NCBI RefSeq assembly: GCF_009914755.1
Contig: NC_060941.1
Length of the DNA stretch: 64,000 nucleotides
Reading direction: 5' to 3' (one strand)
DNA from: the human T2T-CHM13v2.0 reference genome, Homo sapiens
Under the pieces are notes generated by a model, which was given only the letters and a program-made list of their open reading frames with translations, made no database searches and had not been told where the DNA came from. This document shows positions 25,796 to 40,700 of the stretch, in pieces. Each line of letters begins with the position of its first letter. The first letter of the stretch is position 1. Made by a program: the position numbers and the translations under genes.

Positions 25796-28700
25796 TTTGT
25801 GGAATCTGCAAGTGGATATGTGGACCTCTCCGAAGATGTCTTTGGAAACGGGAATATCTTCACATAAAAACTAAACAGAAGCATTCTCAGAAACTTCTCT
25901 GTGATGTTTGTGTTCAACTCCCAGAGTTTCACATTGCTTTTCATAGAGTAGTTCTGAAACATGCTTTTCGTAGTGTCTACAAGTGGACATTTGGAGCGCT
26001 TTCAGGCCTGTGGTGGAAAACGAATTATGGTCACATAAAAACTGGAGAGAAGCATTGTCAGAAACTTCTTTGTGATGATTGCATTCAACTCACAGAGTTG
26101 AAGGTTCCTTTTCAAAGAGCAGTTTCCAATCACTCTTTGTGTGGAATCTGCAAGTGGATATTTGGACCTATTTTGAAGATTTCGTTGGAAACGGGAGAAT
26201 CTTCACAGGAAAGCTAAACAGAAGCATTCTCAGAAACTTCTTTGTGATGCTTGCATTCAACTCACAGAGTTGAACTTTCCTTTCGAGAGAGAAGCTTTGA
26301 AACACTCTTTTTCCAGAATCTGCAAGTGGACATTTGGAGGGCTTTGAGGCCTGTGGTGGAAAAGGAATTATCTTCCCGTAAAAGCTAGATAGAAGCATTC
26401 TCAGAAACTACTTTGTGATGATTGCATTCAAGTCACAGAGTTGAACATTCCCTTTGACAGAGCAGTTTGGAAACTCTCTTTGTGTAGAATCTGCAAGTGG
26501 AGATATGGACCGCTTTGAGGCCTATGGTAGTAAAGGAAATAGCTTCATATAAAAGCTAGACAGTAGCATTCACAGAAAACTCTTGGTGACGACTGAGTTT
26601 AACTCACAGAGCTGAACATTCCTTTGGATGGAGCAGTTTCGAAACACACTATTTGTAGAATGTGCAAGTGGATATTTAGGCCTCTCTGAGGATTTCGTTG
26701 GAAACGGGATAAACCGCACAGAACTAAACAGAAGCATTCTCAGAACCTTCTTCGTGATGTTTGCATTCAACTCACAGTGTTGAACCTTTCTTTGATAGTT
26801 CAGGTTTGAAACGGTCTTTCTGTAGAAACTGCAAGTAGATATTTGGACCTCTCTGAGGATTTCGTTGGAAACGGGATAACCCGCACAGAACTAAAACAGA
26901 AGCATTCTCAGAACCCTCTTCGTGATGTTTGCATTCAACTCACAGTGCTGAACCTTTCTTTGATAGTTCAGCTTTGAAACACTCTTTTTGTAGAAACTGC
27001 AAGTGGATATTTGGTCCTCTCTGAGGATTTCGTTGGAAACGGGATAAACTGCACAGAACTAAACAGAAGCATTCTCAGAACCTTCTTCGTGATGTCTGCA
27101 TTCAACTCACAGTGTGGAACCTTTCTTTGATAGTTCAGGTTTGAAACACTCTTTTTGTAGAAACTGCAAGGGGATAATTGCACTCTTTGAGGAGTACCGT
27201 AGTAAAGGAAATAACTTCCTATAAAAAGAAGACAGAAGCTTTCTCAGAAAATTCTTTGGGATGATTGAGTTGAACTCACAGAGCTGAGCATTCCTTGCGA
27301 TGTAGCAGTTTAGAAACACACTTTCTGCAGAATCTGCAAGTGCATATTTGGACCTCTGTGAGGAATTCGTTGGAAACGGGATAATTTCAGCTGACTAAAC
27401 AGAAGCAGTCTCAGAATCTTCTTTGTGATGTTTGCATTCAAATCCCCGAGTTGAACTTTCCTTTCAAAGTTCACGTTTGAAACACTCTTTTTGCAGGATC
27501 TACAAGTGGATATTTGGACCACTCTGTGTCCTTCGTTCGAAACGGGTATATCTTCACATGACATCTAGACAGAAGCATCCTCAGAAGCTTCTCTGTGATG
27601 ACTGCATTCAACTCACGGAGTTGAACACTCCTTTTGAGAGCGCAGTTTTGAAACTCTCTTTCTGTGGCATCTGCAAGGGGACATGTAGACCTCTTTGAAG
27701 ATTTCGTTGGAAACGGAATCATCTTCACATAAAAACTATACAGATGCATTCTCAGGAACTTTTTGGTGATGTTTGTATTCAACTCCCAGAGTTGAACTTT
27801 CCTTTGGAAAGAGCAGCTATGAAACACTCTTTTTCTAGAATCTGCAAGTGGACGTTTGGAGGGCTTTGTGGTTTGTGGTGGAAAAGGAAATATCTTCACC
27901 TAAATACTAGATAGAAGCATTCTCAGAAACTGCTTTGTGATGATTGCATTCACCTCACAGAGTTGAACATTCCTATTGATAGAGCAGTTTGGAAACACTC
28001 TTGTTGTGGAATGTGCAAGTGGAGATTTGGAGCGCTTTGAGGCCTATGGTAGTAAAGGGAATAGCTTCATAGAAAAACTAGACAGAAGCATTCTCAGAAA
28101 ATACTTTGTGATGATTGAGTTTAACTCACAGAGCTGAACATTCCTTTGGATGGAGCAGGTTTGAGACACACCTTTTGTAGAATCTACAAGTGGATATTTG
28201 GACCTCTCTGAGGATTTCGTTGGAAACGGGATAACTGCACCTAACTAAACGGAAGCATTCTCAGAAACTTCTTGGTGATGTTTGCATTCAAATCCCAGAG
28301 TTGAACCTTCCTTTGATAGTTCAGGTTTGAAACACTCTTTTTGTAGGATCTGCAAGTGGATATTTGGACCACTCTGTGGCCTTCGTTCGAAACGGGTATA
28401 TCTTCGCATAAAATCTAGACAGAAGCCTTCTCAGAAACTTCTCTGTGATGATTGCATTCAACTCACAGAGTTGAACCCTCCTATGGATAGAGCAGTGTTG
28501 AAACTCTCTTTTTGTGGAATCTGCAAGTGGATATGTGGACCTCTCCGAAGATGTCTTTGGAAACGGGAATATCTTCACATAAAAACTAAACAGAAGCATT
28601 CTCAGAAACTTCTCTGTGATGTTTGTGTTCAACTCCCAGAGTTTCACATTGCTTTTCATAGAGTAGTTCTGAAACATGCTTTTCGTAGTGTCTACAAGTG

Positions 28701-31700
28701 GACATTTGGAGCGCTTTCAGGCCTGTGGTGGAAAACGAATTATGGTCACATAAAAACTGGAGAGAAGCATTGTCAGAAACTTCTTTGGGATGATTGCATT
28801 CAACTCACAGAGTTGAAGGTTCCTTTTCAAAGAGCAGTTTCCAATCACTCTTTGTGTGGAATCTGCAAGTGGATATTTGGACCTATTTTGAAGATTTCGT
28901 TGGAAACGGGAGAATCTTCACAGGAAAGCTAAACAGAAGCATTCTCAGAAACTTCTTTGTGATGCTTGCATTCAACTCACAGAGTTGAACTTTCCTTTCG
29001 AGAGAGAAGCTTTGAAACACTCTTTTTCCAGAATCTGCAAGTGGACATTTGGAGGGCTTTGAGGCCTGTGGTGGAAAAGGAATTATCTTCCCGTAAAAGC
29101 TAGATAGAAGCATTCTCAGAAACTACTTTGTGATGATTGCATTCAAGTCACAGAGTTGAACATTCCCTTTGACAGAGCAGTTTGGAAACTCTCTTTGTGT
29201 AGAATCTGCAAGTGGAGATATGGACCGCTTTGAGGCCTATGGTAGTAAAGGAAATAGCTTCATATAAAAGCTAGACAGTAGCATTCACAGAAAACTCTGG
29301 GTGACGACTGAGTTTAACTCACAGAGCTGAACATTCCTTTGGATGGAGCAGTTTCGAAACACACTATTTGTAGAATGTGCAAGTGGATATTTAGGCCTCT
29401 CTGAGGATTTCGTTGGAAACGGGATAAACCGCACAGAACTAAACAGAAGCATTCTCAGAACCCTCTTCGTGATGTTTGCATTCAACACACAGTGTTGAAC
29501 CTTTCTTTGATAGTTCAGGTTTGAAACGGTCTTTCTGTAGAAACTGCAAGTAGATATTTGGACCTCTCTGAGGATTTCGTTGGAAACGGGATAACCCGCA
29601 CAGAACTAAAACAGAAGCATTCTCAGAACCCTCTTCGTGATGTTTGCATTCAACTCACAGTGCTGAACCTTTCTTTGATAGTTCAGCTTTGAAACACTCT
29701 TTTTGTAGAAACTGCAAGTGGATATTTGGTCCTCTCTGAGCATTTCGTTGGAAACGGGATAAACTGCACAGAACTAAACAGAAGCATTCTCAGAACCTTC
29801 TTCGTGATGTCTGCATTCAACTCACAGTGTGGAACCTTTCTTTGATAGTTCAGGTTTGAAACACTCTTTTTGTAGAAACTGCAAGGGGATAATTGCACTC
29901 TTTGAGGAGTACCGTAGTAAAGGAAATAACTTCCTATAAAAAGAAGACAGAAGCTTTCTCAGAAAATTCTTTGGGATGATTGAGTTGAACTCACAGAGCT
30001 GAGCATTCCTTGCGATGTAGCAGTTTAGAAACACACTTTCTGCAGAATCTGCAAGTGCATATTTGGACCTCTGTGAGGAATTCGTTGGAAACGGGATAAT
30101 TTCAGCTGACTAAACAGAAGCAGTCTCAGAATCTTCTTTGTGATGTTTGCATTCAAATCCCCGAGTTGAACTTTCCTTTCAAAGTTCACGTTTGAAACAC
30201 TCTTTTTGCAGGATCTACAAGTGGATATTTGGACCACTCTGTGTCCTTCGTTCGAAACGGGTATATCTTCACATGACATCTAGACAGAAGCATCCTCAGA
30301 AGCTTCTCTGTGATGACTGCATTCAACTCACGGAGTTGAACACTCCTTTTGAGAGCGCAGTTTTGAAACTCTCTTTCTGTGGCATCTGCAAGGGGACATG
30401 TAGACCTCTTTGAAGATTTCGTTGGAAACGGAATCATCTTCACATAAAAACTATACAGATGCATTCTCAGGAACTTTTTGGTGATGTTTGTATTCAACTC
30501 CCAGAGTTGAACTTTCCTTTGGAAAGAGCAGCTATGAAACACTGTTTTTCTAGAATCTGCAAGTGGACGTTTGGAGGGCTTTGTGGTTTGTGGTGGAAAA
30601 GGAAATATCTTCACCTAAATACTAGATAGAAGCATTCTCAGAAACTGCTTTGTGATGATTGCATTCACCTCACAGAGTTGAACATTCCTATTGATAGAGC
30701 AGTTTGGAAACACTCTTGTTGTGGAATGTGCAAGTGGAGATTTGGAGCGCTTTGAGGCCTATGGTAGTAAAGGGAATAGCTTCATAGAATAACTAGACAG
30801 AAGCATTCTCAGAAAATACTTTGTGATGATTGAGTTTAACTCACAGAGCTGAACATTCCTTTGGATGGAGCAGGTTTGAGACACACTTTTTGTAGAATCT
30901 ACAAGTGGATATTTGGACCTCTCTGAGGATTTCGTTGGAAACGGGATAACTGCACCTAACTAAACGGAAGCATTCTCAGAAACTTCTTGGTGATGTTTGC
31001 ATTCAAATCCCAGAGTTGAACCTTCCTTTGATAGTTCAGGTTTGAAACACTCTTTTTGTAGGATCTGCAAGTGGATATTTGGACCACTCTGTGGCCTTCG
31101 TTCGAAACGGGTATATCTTCGCATAAAATCTAGACAGAAGCCTTCTCAGAAACTTCTCTGTGATGATTGCATTCAACTCACAGAGTTGAACCCTCCTATG
31201 GATAGAGCAGTGTTGAAACTCTCTTTTTGTGGAATCTGCAAGTGGATATGTGGACCTCTCCGAAGATGTCTTTGGAAACGGGAATATCTTCACATAAAAA
31301 CTAAACAGAAGCATTCTCAGAAACTTCTCTGTGATGTTTGTGTTCAACTCCCAGAGTTTCACATTGCTTTTCATAGAGTAGTTCTGAAACATGCTTTTCG
31401 TAGTGTCTACAAGTGGACATTTGGAGCGCTTTCAGGCCTGTGGTGGAAAACGAATTATGGTCACATAAAAACTGGAGAGAAGCATTGTCAGAAACTTCTT
31501 TGTGATGATTGCATTCAACTCACAGAGTTGAAGGTTCCTTTTCAAAGAGCAGTTTCCAATCACTCTTTGTGTGGAATCTGCAAGTGGATATTTGGACCTA
31601 TTTTGAAGATTTCGTTGGAAACGGGAGAATCTTCACAGGAAAGCTAAACAGAAGCATTCTCAGAAACTTCTTTGTGATGCTTGCATTCAACTCACAGAGT

Positions 31701-34700
31701 TGAACTTTCCTTTCGAGAGAGAAGCTTTGAAACACTCTTTTTCCAGAATCTGCAAGTGGACATTTGGAGGGCTTTGAGGCCTGTGGTGGAAAAGGAATTA
31801 TCTTCCCGTAAAAGCTAGATAGAAGCATTCTCAGAAACTACTTTGTGATGATTGCATTCAAGTCACAGAGTTGAACATTCCCTTTGACAGAGCAGTTTGG
31901 AAACTCTCTTTGTGTAGAATCTGCAAGTGGAGATATGGACCGCTTTGAGGCCTATGGTAGTAAAGGAAATAGCTTCATATAAAAGCCAGACAGTAGCATT
32001 CACAGAAAACTCTTGGTGACGACTGAGTTTAACTCACAGAGCTGAACATTCCTTTGGATGGAGCAGTTTCGAAACACACTATTTGTAGAATGTGCAAGTG
32101 GATATTTAGGCCTCTCTGAGGATTTCGTTGGAAACGGGATAAACCGCACAGAACTAAACAGAAGCATTCTCAGAACCTTCTTCGTGATGTTTGCATTCAA
32201 CTCACAGTGTTGAACCTTTCTTTGATAGTTCAGGTTTGAAACGGTCTTTCTGTAGAAACTGCAAGTAGATATTTGGACCTCTCTGAGGATTTCGTTGGAA
32301 ACGGGATAACCCGCACAGAACTAAAACAGAAGCATTCTCAGAACCCTCTTCGTGATGTTTGCATTCAACTCACAGTGCTGAACCTTTCTTTGATAGTTCA
32401 GCTTTGAAACACTCTTTTTGTAGAAACTGCAAGTGGATATTTGGTCCTCTCTGAGCATTTCGTTGGAAACGGGATAAACTGCACAGAACTAAACAGAAGC
32501 ATTCTCAGAACCTTCTTCGTGATGTCTGCATTCAACTCACAGTGTGGAACCTTTCTTTGATAGTTCAGGTTTGAAACACTCTTTTTGTAGAAACTGCAAG
32601 GGGATAATTGCACTCTTTGAGGAGTACCGTAGTAAAGGAAATAACTTCCTATAAAAAGAAGACAGAAGCTTTCTCAGAAAATTCTTTGGGATGATTGAGT
32701 TGAACTCACAGAGCTGAGCATTCCTTGCGATGTAGCAGTTTAGAAACACACTTTCTGCAGAATCTGCAAGTGCATATTTGGACCTCTGTGAGGAATTCGT
32801 TGGAAACGGGATAATTTCAGCTGACTAAACAGAAGCAGTCTCAGAATCTTCTTTGTGATGTTTGCATTCAAATCCCCGAGTTGAACTTTCCTTTCAAAGT
32901 TCACGTTTGAAACACTCTTTTTGCAGGATCTACAAGTGGATATTTGGACCACTCTGTGTCCTTCGTTCGAAACGGGTATATCTTCACATGACATCTAGAC
33001 AGAAGCATCCTCAGAAGCTTCTCTGTGATGACTGCATTCAACTCACGGAGTTGAACACTCCTTTTGAGAGCGCAGTTTTGAAACTCTCTTTCTGTGGCAT
33101 CTGCAAGGGGACATGTAGACCTCTTTGAAGATTTTGTTGGAAACGGAATCATCTTCACATAAAAACTATACAGATGCATTCTCAGGAACTTTTTGGTGAT
33201 GTTTGTATTCAACTCCCAGAGTTGAACTTTCCTTTGGAAAGAGCAGCTATGAAACACTGTTTTTCTAGAATCTGCAAGTGGACGTTTGGAGGGCTTTGTG
33301 GTTTGTGGTGGAAAAGGAAATATCTTCACCTAAATACTAGATAGAAGCATTCTCAGAAACTGCTTTGTGATGATTGCATTCACCTCACAGAGTTGAACAT
33401 TCCTATTGATAGAGCAGTTTGGAAACACTCTTGTTGTGGAATGTGCAAGTGGAGATTTGGAGCGCTTTGAGGCCTATGGTAGTAAAGGGAATAGCTTCAT
33501 AGAAAAACTAGACAGAAGCATTCTCAGAAAATACTTTGTGATGATTGAGTTTAACTCACAGAGCTGAACATTCCTTTGGATGGAGCAGGTTTGAGACACA
33601 CTTTTTGTAGAATCTACAAGTGGATATTTGGACCTCTCTGAGGATTTCGTTGGAAACGGGATAACTGCACCTAACTAAACGGAAGCATTCTCAGAAACTT
33701 CTTGGTGATGTTTGCGTTCAAATCCCAGAGTTGAACCTTCCTTTGATAGTTCAGGTTTGAAACACTCTTTTTGTAGGATCTGCAAGTGGATATTTGGACC
33801 ACTCTGTGGCCTTCGTTCGAAACGGGTATATCTTCGCATAAAATCTAGACAGAAGCATTCTCAGAAACTTCTCTGTGATGATTGCATTCAACTCACAGAG
33901 TTGAACCCTCCTATGGATAGAGCAGTGTTGAAACTCTCTTTTTGTGGAATCTGCAAGTGGATATGTGGACCTCTCCGAAGATGTCTTTGGAAACGGGAAT
34001 ATCTTCACATAAAAACTAAACAGAAGCATTCTCAGAAACTTCTCTGTGATGTTTGTGTTCAACTCCCAGAGTTTCACATTGCTTTTCATAGAGTAGTTCT
34101 GAAACATGCTTTTCGTAGTGTCTACAAGTGGACATTGGGAGCGCTTTCAGGCCTGTGGTGGAAAACGAATTATGGTCACATAAAAACTGGAGAGAAGCAT
34201 TGTCAGAAACTTCTTTGGGATGATTGCATTCAACTCACAGAGTTGAAGGTTCCTTTTCAAAGAGCAGTTTCCAATCACTCTTTCTGTGGAATCTGCAAGT
34301 GGATATTTGGACCTATTTTGAAGATTTCGTTGGAAACGGGAGAATCTTCACAGGAAAGCTAAACAGAAGCATTCTCAGAAACTTCTTTGTGATGCTTGCA
34401 TTCAACTCACAGAGTTGAACTTTCCTTTCGAGAGAGAAGCTTTGAAACACTCTTTTTCCAGAATCTGCAAGTGGACATTTGGAGGGCTTTGAGGCCTGTG
34501 GTGGAAAAGGAATTATCTTCCCGTAAAAGCTAGATAGAAGCATTCTCAGAAACTACTTTGTGATGATTGCATTCAAGTCACAGAGTTGAACATTCCCTTT
34601 GACAGAGCAGTTTGGAAACTCTCTTTGTGTAGAATCTGCAAGTGGAGATATGGACCGCTTTGAGGCCTATGGTAGTAAAGGAAATAGCTTCATATAAAAG

Positions 34701-37700
34701 CTAGACAGTAGCATTCACAGAAAACTCTTGGTGACGACTGAGTTTAACTCACAGAGCTGAACATTCCTTTGGATGGAGCAGTTTCGAAACACACTATTTG
34801 TAGAATGTGCAAGTGGATATTTAGGCCTCTCTGAGGATTTCGTTGGAAACGGGATAAACCGCACAGAACTAAACAGAAGCATTCTCAGAACCTTCTTCGT
34901 GATGTTTGCATTCAACTCACAGTGTTGAACCTTTCTTTGATAGTTCAGGTTTGAAACGGTCTTTCTGTAGAAACTGCAAGTAGATATTTGGACCTCTCTG
35001 AGGATTTCGTTGGAAACGGGATAACCCGCACAGAACTAAAACAGAAGCATTCTCAGAACCCTCTTCGTGATGTTTGCATTCAACTCACAGTGCTGAACCT
35101 TTCTTTGATAGTTCAGCTTTGAAACACTCTTTTTGTAGAAACTGCAAGTGGATATTTGGTCCTCTCTGAGGATTTCGTTGGAAACGGGATAAACTGCACA
35201 GAACTAAACAGAAGCATTCTCAGAACCTTCTTCGTGATGTCTGCATTCAACTCACAGTGTGGAACCTTTCTTTGATAGTTCAGGTTTGAAACACTCTTTT
35301 TGTAGAAACTGCAAGGGGATAATTGCACTCTTTGAGGAGTACCGTAGTAAAGGAAATAACTTCCTATAAAAAGAAGACAGAAGCTTTCTCAGAAAATTCT
35401 TTGGGATGATTGAGTTGAACTCACAGAGCTGAGCATTCCTTGCGATGTAGCAGTTTAGAAACACACTTTCTGCAGAATCTGCAAGTGCATATTTGGACCT
35501 CTGTGAGGAATTCGTTGGAAACGGGATAATTTCAGCTGACTAAACAGAAGCAGTCTCAGAATCTTCTTTGTGATGTTTGCATTCAAATCCCCGAGTTGAA
35601 CTTTCCTTTCAAAGTTCACGTTTGAAACACTCTTTTTGCAGGATCTACAAGTGGATATTTGGACCACTCTGTGTCCTTCGTTCGAAACGGGTATATCTTC
35701 ACATGACATCTAGACAGAAGCATCCTCAGAAGCTTCTCTGTGATGACTGCATTCAACTCACGGAGTTGAACACTCCTTTTGAGAGCGCAGTTTTGAAACT
35801 CTCTTTCTGTGGCATCTGCAAGGGGACATGTAGACCTCTTTGAAGATTTCGTTGGAAACGGAATCATCTTCACATAAAAACTATACAGATGCATTCTCAG
35901 GAACTTTTTGGTGATGTTTGTATTCAACTCCCAGAGTTGAACTTTCCTTTGGAAAGAGCAGCTATGAAACACTCTTTTTCTAGAATCTGCAAGTGGACGT
36001 TTGGAGGGCTTTGTGGTTTGTGGTGGAAAAGGAAATATCTTCACCTAAATACTAGATAGAAGCATTCTCAGAAACTGCTTTGTGATGATTGCATTCACCT
36101 CACAGAGTTGAACATTCCTATTGATAGAGCAGTTTGGAAACACTCTTGTTGTGGAATGTGCAAGTGGAGATTTGGAGCGCTTTGAGGCCTATGGTAGTAA
36201 AGGGAATAGCTTCATAGAAAAACTAGACAGAAGCATTCTCAGAAAATACTTTGTGATGATTGAGTTTAACTCACAGAGCTGAACATTCCTTTGGATGGAG
36301 CAGGTTTGAGACACACTTTTTGTAGAATCTACAAGTGGATATTTGGACCTCTCTGAGGATTTCGTTGGAAACGGGATAACTGCACCTAACTAAACGGAAG
36401 CATTCTCAGAAACTTCTTGGTGATGTTTGCATTCAAATCCCAGAGTTGAACCTTCCTTTGATAGTTCAGGTTTGAAACACTCTTTTTGTAGGATCTGCAA
36501 GTGGATATTTGGACCACTCTGTGGCCTTCGTTCGAAACGGGTATATCTTCGCATAAAATCTAGACAGAAGCATTCTCAGAAACTTCTCTGTGATGATTGC
36601 ATTCAACTCACAGAGTTGAACCCTCCTATGGATAGAGCAGTGTTGAAACTCTCTTTTTGTGGAATCTGCAAGTGGATATGTGGACCTCTCCGAAGATGTC
36701 TTTGGAAACGGGAATATCTTCACATAAAAACTAAACAGAAGCATTCTCAGAAACTTCTCTGTGATGTTTGTGTTCAACTCCCAGAGTTTCACATTGCTTT
36801 TCATAGAGTAGTTCTGAAACATGCTTTTCGTAGTGTCTACAAGTGGACATTTGGAGCGCTTTCAGGCCTGTGGTGGAAAACGAATTATGGTCACATAAAA
36901 ACTGGAGAGAAGCATTGTCAGAAACTTCTTTGGGATGATTGCATTCAACTCACAGAGTTGAAGGTTCCTTTTCAAAGAGCAGTTTCCAATCACTCTTTGT
37001 GTGGAATCTGCAAGTGGATATTTGGACCTATTTTGAAGATTTCGTTGGAAACGGGAGAATCTTCACAGGAAAGCTAAACAGAAGCATTCTCAGAAACTTC
37101 TTTGTGATGCTTGCATTCAACTCACAGAGTTGAACTTTCCTTTCGAGAGAGAAGCTTTGAAACACTCTTTTTCCAGAATCTGCAAGTGGACATTTGGAGG
37201 GCTTTGAGGCCTGTGGTGGAAAAGGAATTATCTTCCCGTAAAAGCTAGATAGAAGCATTCTCAGAAACTACTTTGTGATGATTGCATTCAAGTCACAGAG
37301 TTGAACATTCCCTTTGACAGAGCAGTTTGGAAACTCTCTTTGTGTAGAATCTGCAAGTGGAGATATGGACCGCTTTGAGGCCTATGGTAGTAAAGGAAAT
37401 AGCTTCATATAAAAGCTAGACAGTAGCATTCACAGAAAACTCTTGGTGACGACTGAGTTTAACTCACAGAGCTGAACATTCCTTTGGATGGAGCAGTTTC
37501 GAAACACACTATTTGTAGAATGTGCAAGTGGATATTTAGGCCTCTCTGAGGATTTCGTTGGAAACGGGATAAACCGCACAGAACTAAACAGAAGCATTCT
37601 CAGAACCTTCTTCGTGATGTTTGCATTCAACTCACAGTGTTGAACCTTTCTTTGATAGTTCAGGTTTGAAACGGTCTTTCTGTAGAAACTGCAAGTAGAT

Positions 37701-40700
37701 ATTTGGACCTCTCTGAGGATTTCGTTGGAAACGGGATAACCCGCACAGAACTAAAACAGAAGCATTCTCAGGACCCTCTTCGTGATGTTTGCATTCAACT
37801 CACAGTGCTGAACCTTTCTTTGATAGTTCAGCTTTGAAACACTCTTTTTGTAGAAACTGCAAGTGGATATTTGGTCCTCTCTGAGCATTTCGTTGGAAAC
37901 GGGATAAACTGCACAGACCTAAACAGAAGCATTCTCAGAACCTTCTTCGTGATGTCTGCATTCAACTCACAGTGTGGAACCTTTCTTTGATAGTTCAGGT
38001 TTGAAACACTCTTTTTGTAGAAACTGCAAGGGGATAATTGCACTCTTTGAGGAGTACCGTAGTAAAGGAAATAACTTCCTATAAAAAGAAGACAGAAGCT
38101 TTCTCAGAAAATTCTTTGGGATGATTGAGTTGAACTCACAGAGCTGAGCATTCCTTGCGATGTAGCAGTTTAGAAACACACTTTCTGCAGAATCTGCAAG
38201 TGCATATTTGGACCTCTGTGAGGAATTCGTTGGAAACGGGATAATTTCAGCTGACTAAACAGAAGCAGTCTCAGAATCTTCTTTGTGATGTTTGCATTCA
38301 AATCCCCGAGTTGAACTTTCCTTTCAAAGTTCACGTTTGAAACACTCTTTTTGCAGGATCTACAAGTGGATATTTGGACCACTCTGTGTCCTTCGTTCGA
38401 AACGGGTATATCTTCACATGACATCTAGACAGAAGCATCCTCAGAAGCTTCTCTGTGATGACTGCATTCAACTCACGGAGTTGAACACTCCTTTTGAGAG
38501 CGCAGTTTTGAAACTCTCTTTCTGTGGCATCTGCAAGGGGACATGTAGACCTCTTTGAAGATTTCGTTGGAAACGGAATCATCTTCACATAAAAACTATA
38601 CAGATGCATTCTCAGGAACTTTTTGGTGATGTTTGTATTCAACTCCCAGAGTTGAACTTTCCTTTGGAAAGAGCAGCTATGAAACACTCTTTTTCTAGAA
38701 TCTGCAAGTGGACGTTTGGAGGGCTTTGTGGTTTGTGGTGGAAAAGGAAATATCTTCACCTAAATACTAGATAGAAGCATTCTCAGAAACTGCTTTGTGA
38801 TGATTGCATTCACCTCACAGAGTTGAACATTCCTATTGATAGAGCAGTTTGGAAACACTCTTGTTGTGGAATGTGCAAGTGGAGATTTGGAGCGCTTTGA
38901 GGCCTATGGTAGTAAAGGGAATAGCTTCATAGAAAAACTAGACAGAAGCATTCTCAGAAAATACTTTGTGATGATTGAGTTTAACTCACAGAGCTGAACA
39001 TTCCTTTGGATGGAGCAGGTTTGAGACACACTTTTTGTAGAATCTACAAGTGGATATTTGGACCTCTCTGAGGATTTCTTTGGAAACGGGATAACTGCAC
39101 CTAACTAAACGGAAGCATTCTCAGAAACTTCTTGGTGATGTTTGCATTCAAATCCCAGAGTTGAACCTTCCTTTGATAGTTCAGGTTTGAAACACTCTTT
39201 TTGTAGGATCTGCAAGTGGATATTTGGACCACTCTGTGGCCTTCGTTCGAAACGGGTATATCTTCGCATAAAATCTAGACAGAAGCCTTCTCAGAAACTT
39301 CTCTGTGATGATTGCATTCAACTCACAGAGTTGAACCCTCCTATGGATAGAGCAGTGTTGAAACTCTCTTTTTGTGGAATCTGCAAGTGGATATGTGGAC
39401 CTCTCCGAAGATGTCTTTGGAAACGGGAATATCTTCACATAAAAACTAAACAGAAGCATTCTCAGAAACTTCTCTGTGATGTTTGTGTTCAACTCCCAGA
39501 GTTTCACATTGCTTTTCATAGAGTAGTTCTGAAACATGCTTTTCGTAGTGTCTACAAGTGGACATTTGGAGCGCTTTCAGGCCTGTGGTGGAAAACGAAT
39601 TATGGTCACATAAAAACTGGAGAGAAGCATTGTCAGAAACTTCTTTGTGATGATTGCATTCAACTCACAGAGTTGAAGGTTCCTTTTCAAAGAGCAGTTT
39701 CCAATCACTCTTTGTGTGGAATCTGCAAGTGGATATTTGGACCTATTTTGAAGATTTCGTTGGAAACGGGAGAATCTTCACAGGAAAGCTAAACAGAAGC
39801 ATTCTCAGAAACTTCTTTGTGATGCTTGCATTCAACTCACAGAGTTGAACTTTCCTTTCGAGAGAGAAGCTTTGAAACACTCTTTTTCCAGAATCTGCAA
39901 GTGGACATTTGGAGGGCTTTGAGGCCTGTGGTGGAAAAGGAATTATCTTCCCGTAAAAGCTAGATAGAAGCATTCTCAGAAACTACTTTGTGATGATTGC
40001 ATTCAAGTCACAGAGTTGAACATTCCCTTTGACAGAGCAGTTTGGAAACTCTCTTTGTGTAGAATCTGCAAGTGGAGATATGGACCGCTTTGAGGCCTAT
40101 GGTAGTAAAGGAAATAGCTTCATATAAAAGCTAGACAGTAGCATTCACAGAAAACTCTTGGTGACGACTGAGTTTAACTCACAGAGCTGAACATTCCTTT
40201 GGATGGAGCAGTTTCGAAACACACTATTTGTAGAATGTGCAAGTGGATATTTAGGCCTCTCTGAGGATTTCGTTGGAAACGGGATAAACCGCACAGAACT
40301 AAACAGAAGCATTCTCAGAACCTTCTTCGTGATGTTTGCATTCAACTCACAGTGTTGAACCTTTCTTTGATAGTTCAGGTTTGAAACGGTCTTTCTGTAG
40401 AAACTGCAAGTAGATATTTGGACCTCTCTGAGGATTTCGTTGGAAACGGGATAACCCGCACAGAACTAAAACAGAAGCATTCTCAGAACCCTCTTCGTGA
40501 TGTTTGCATTCAACTCACAGTGCTGAACCTTTCTTTGATAGTTCAGCTTTGAAACACTCTTTTTGTAGAAACTGCAAGTGGATATTTGGTCCTCTCTGAG
40601 CATTTCGTTGGAAACGGGATAAACTGCACAGACCTAAACAGAAGCATTCTCAGAACCTTCTTCGTGATGTCTGCATTCAACTCACAGTGTGGAACCTTTC

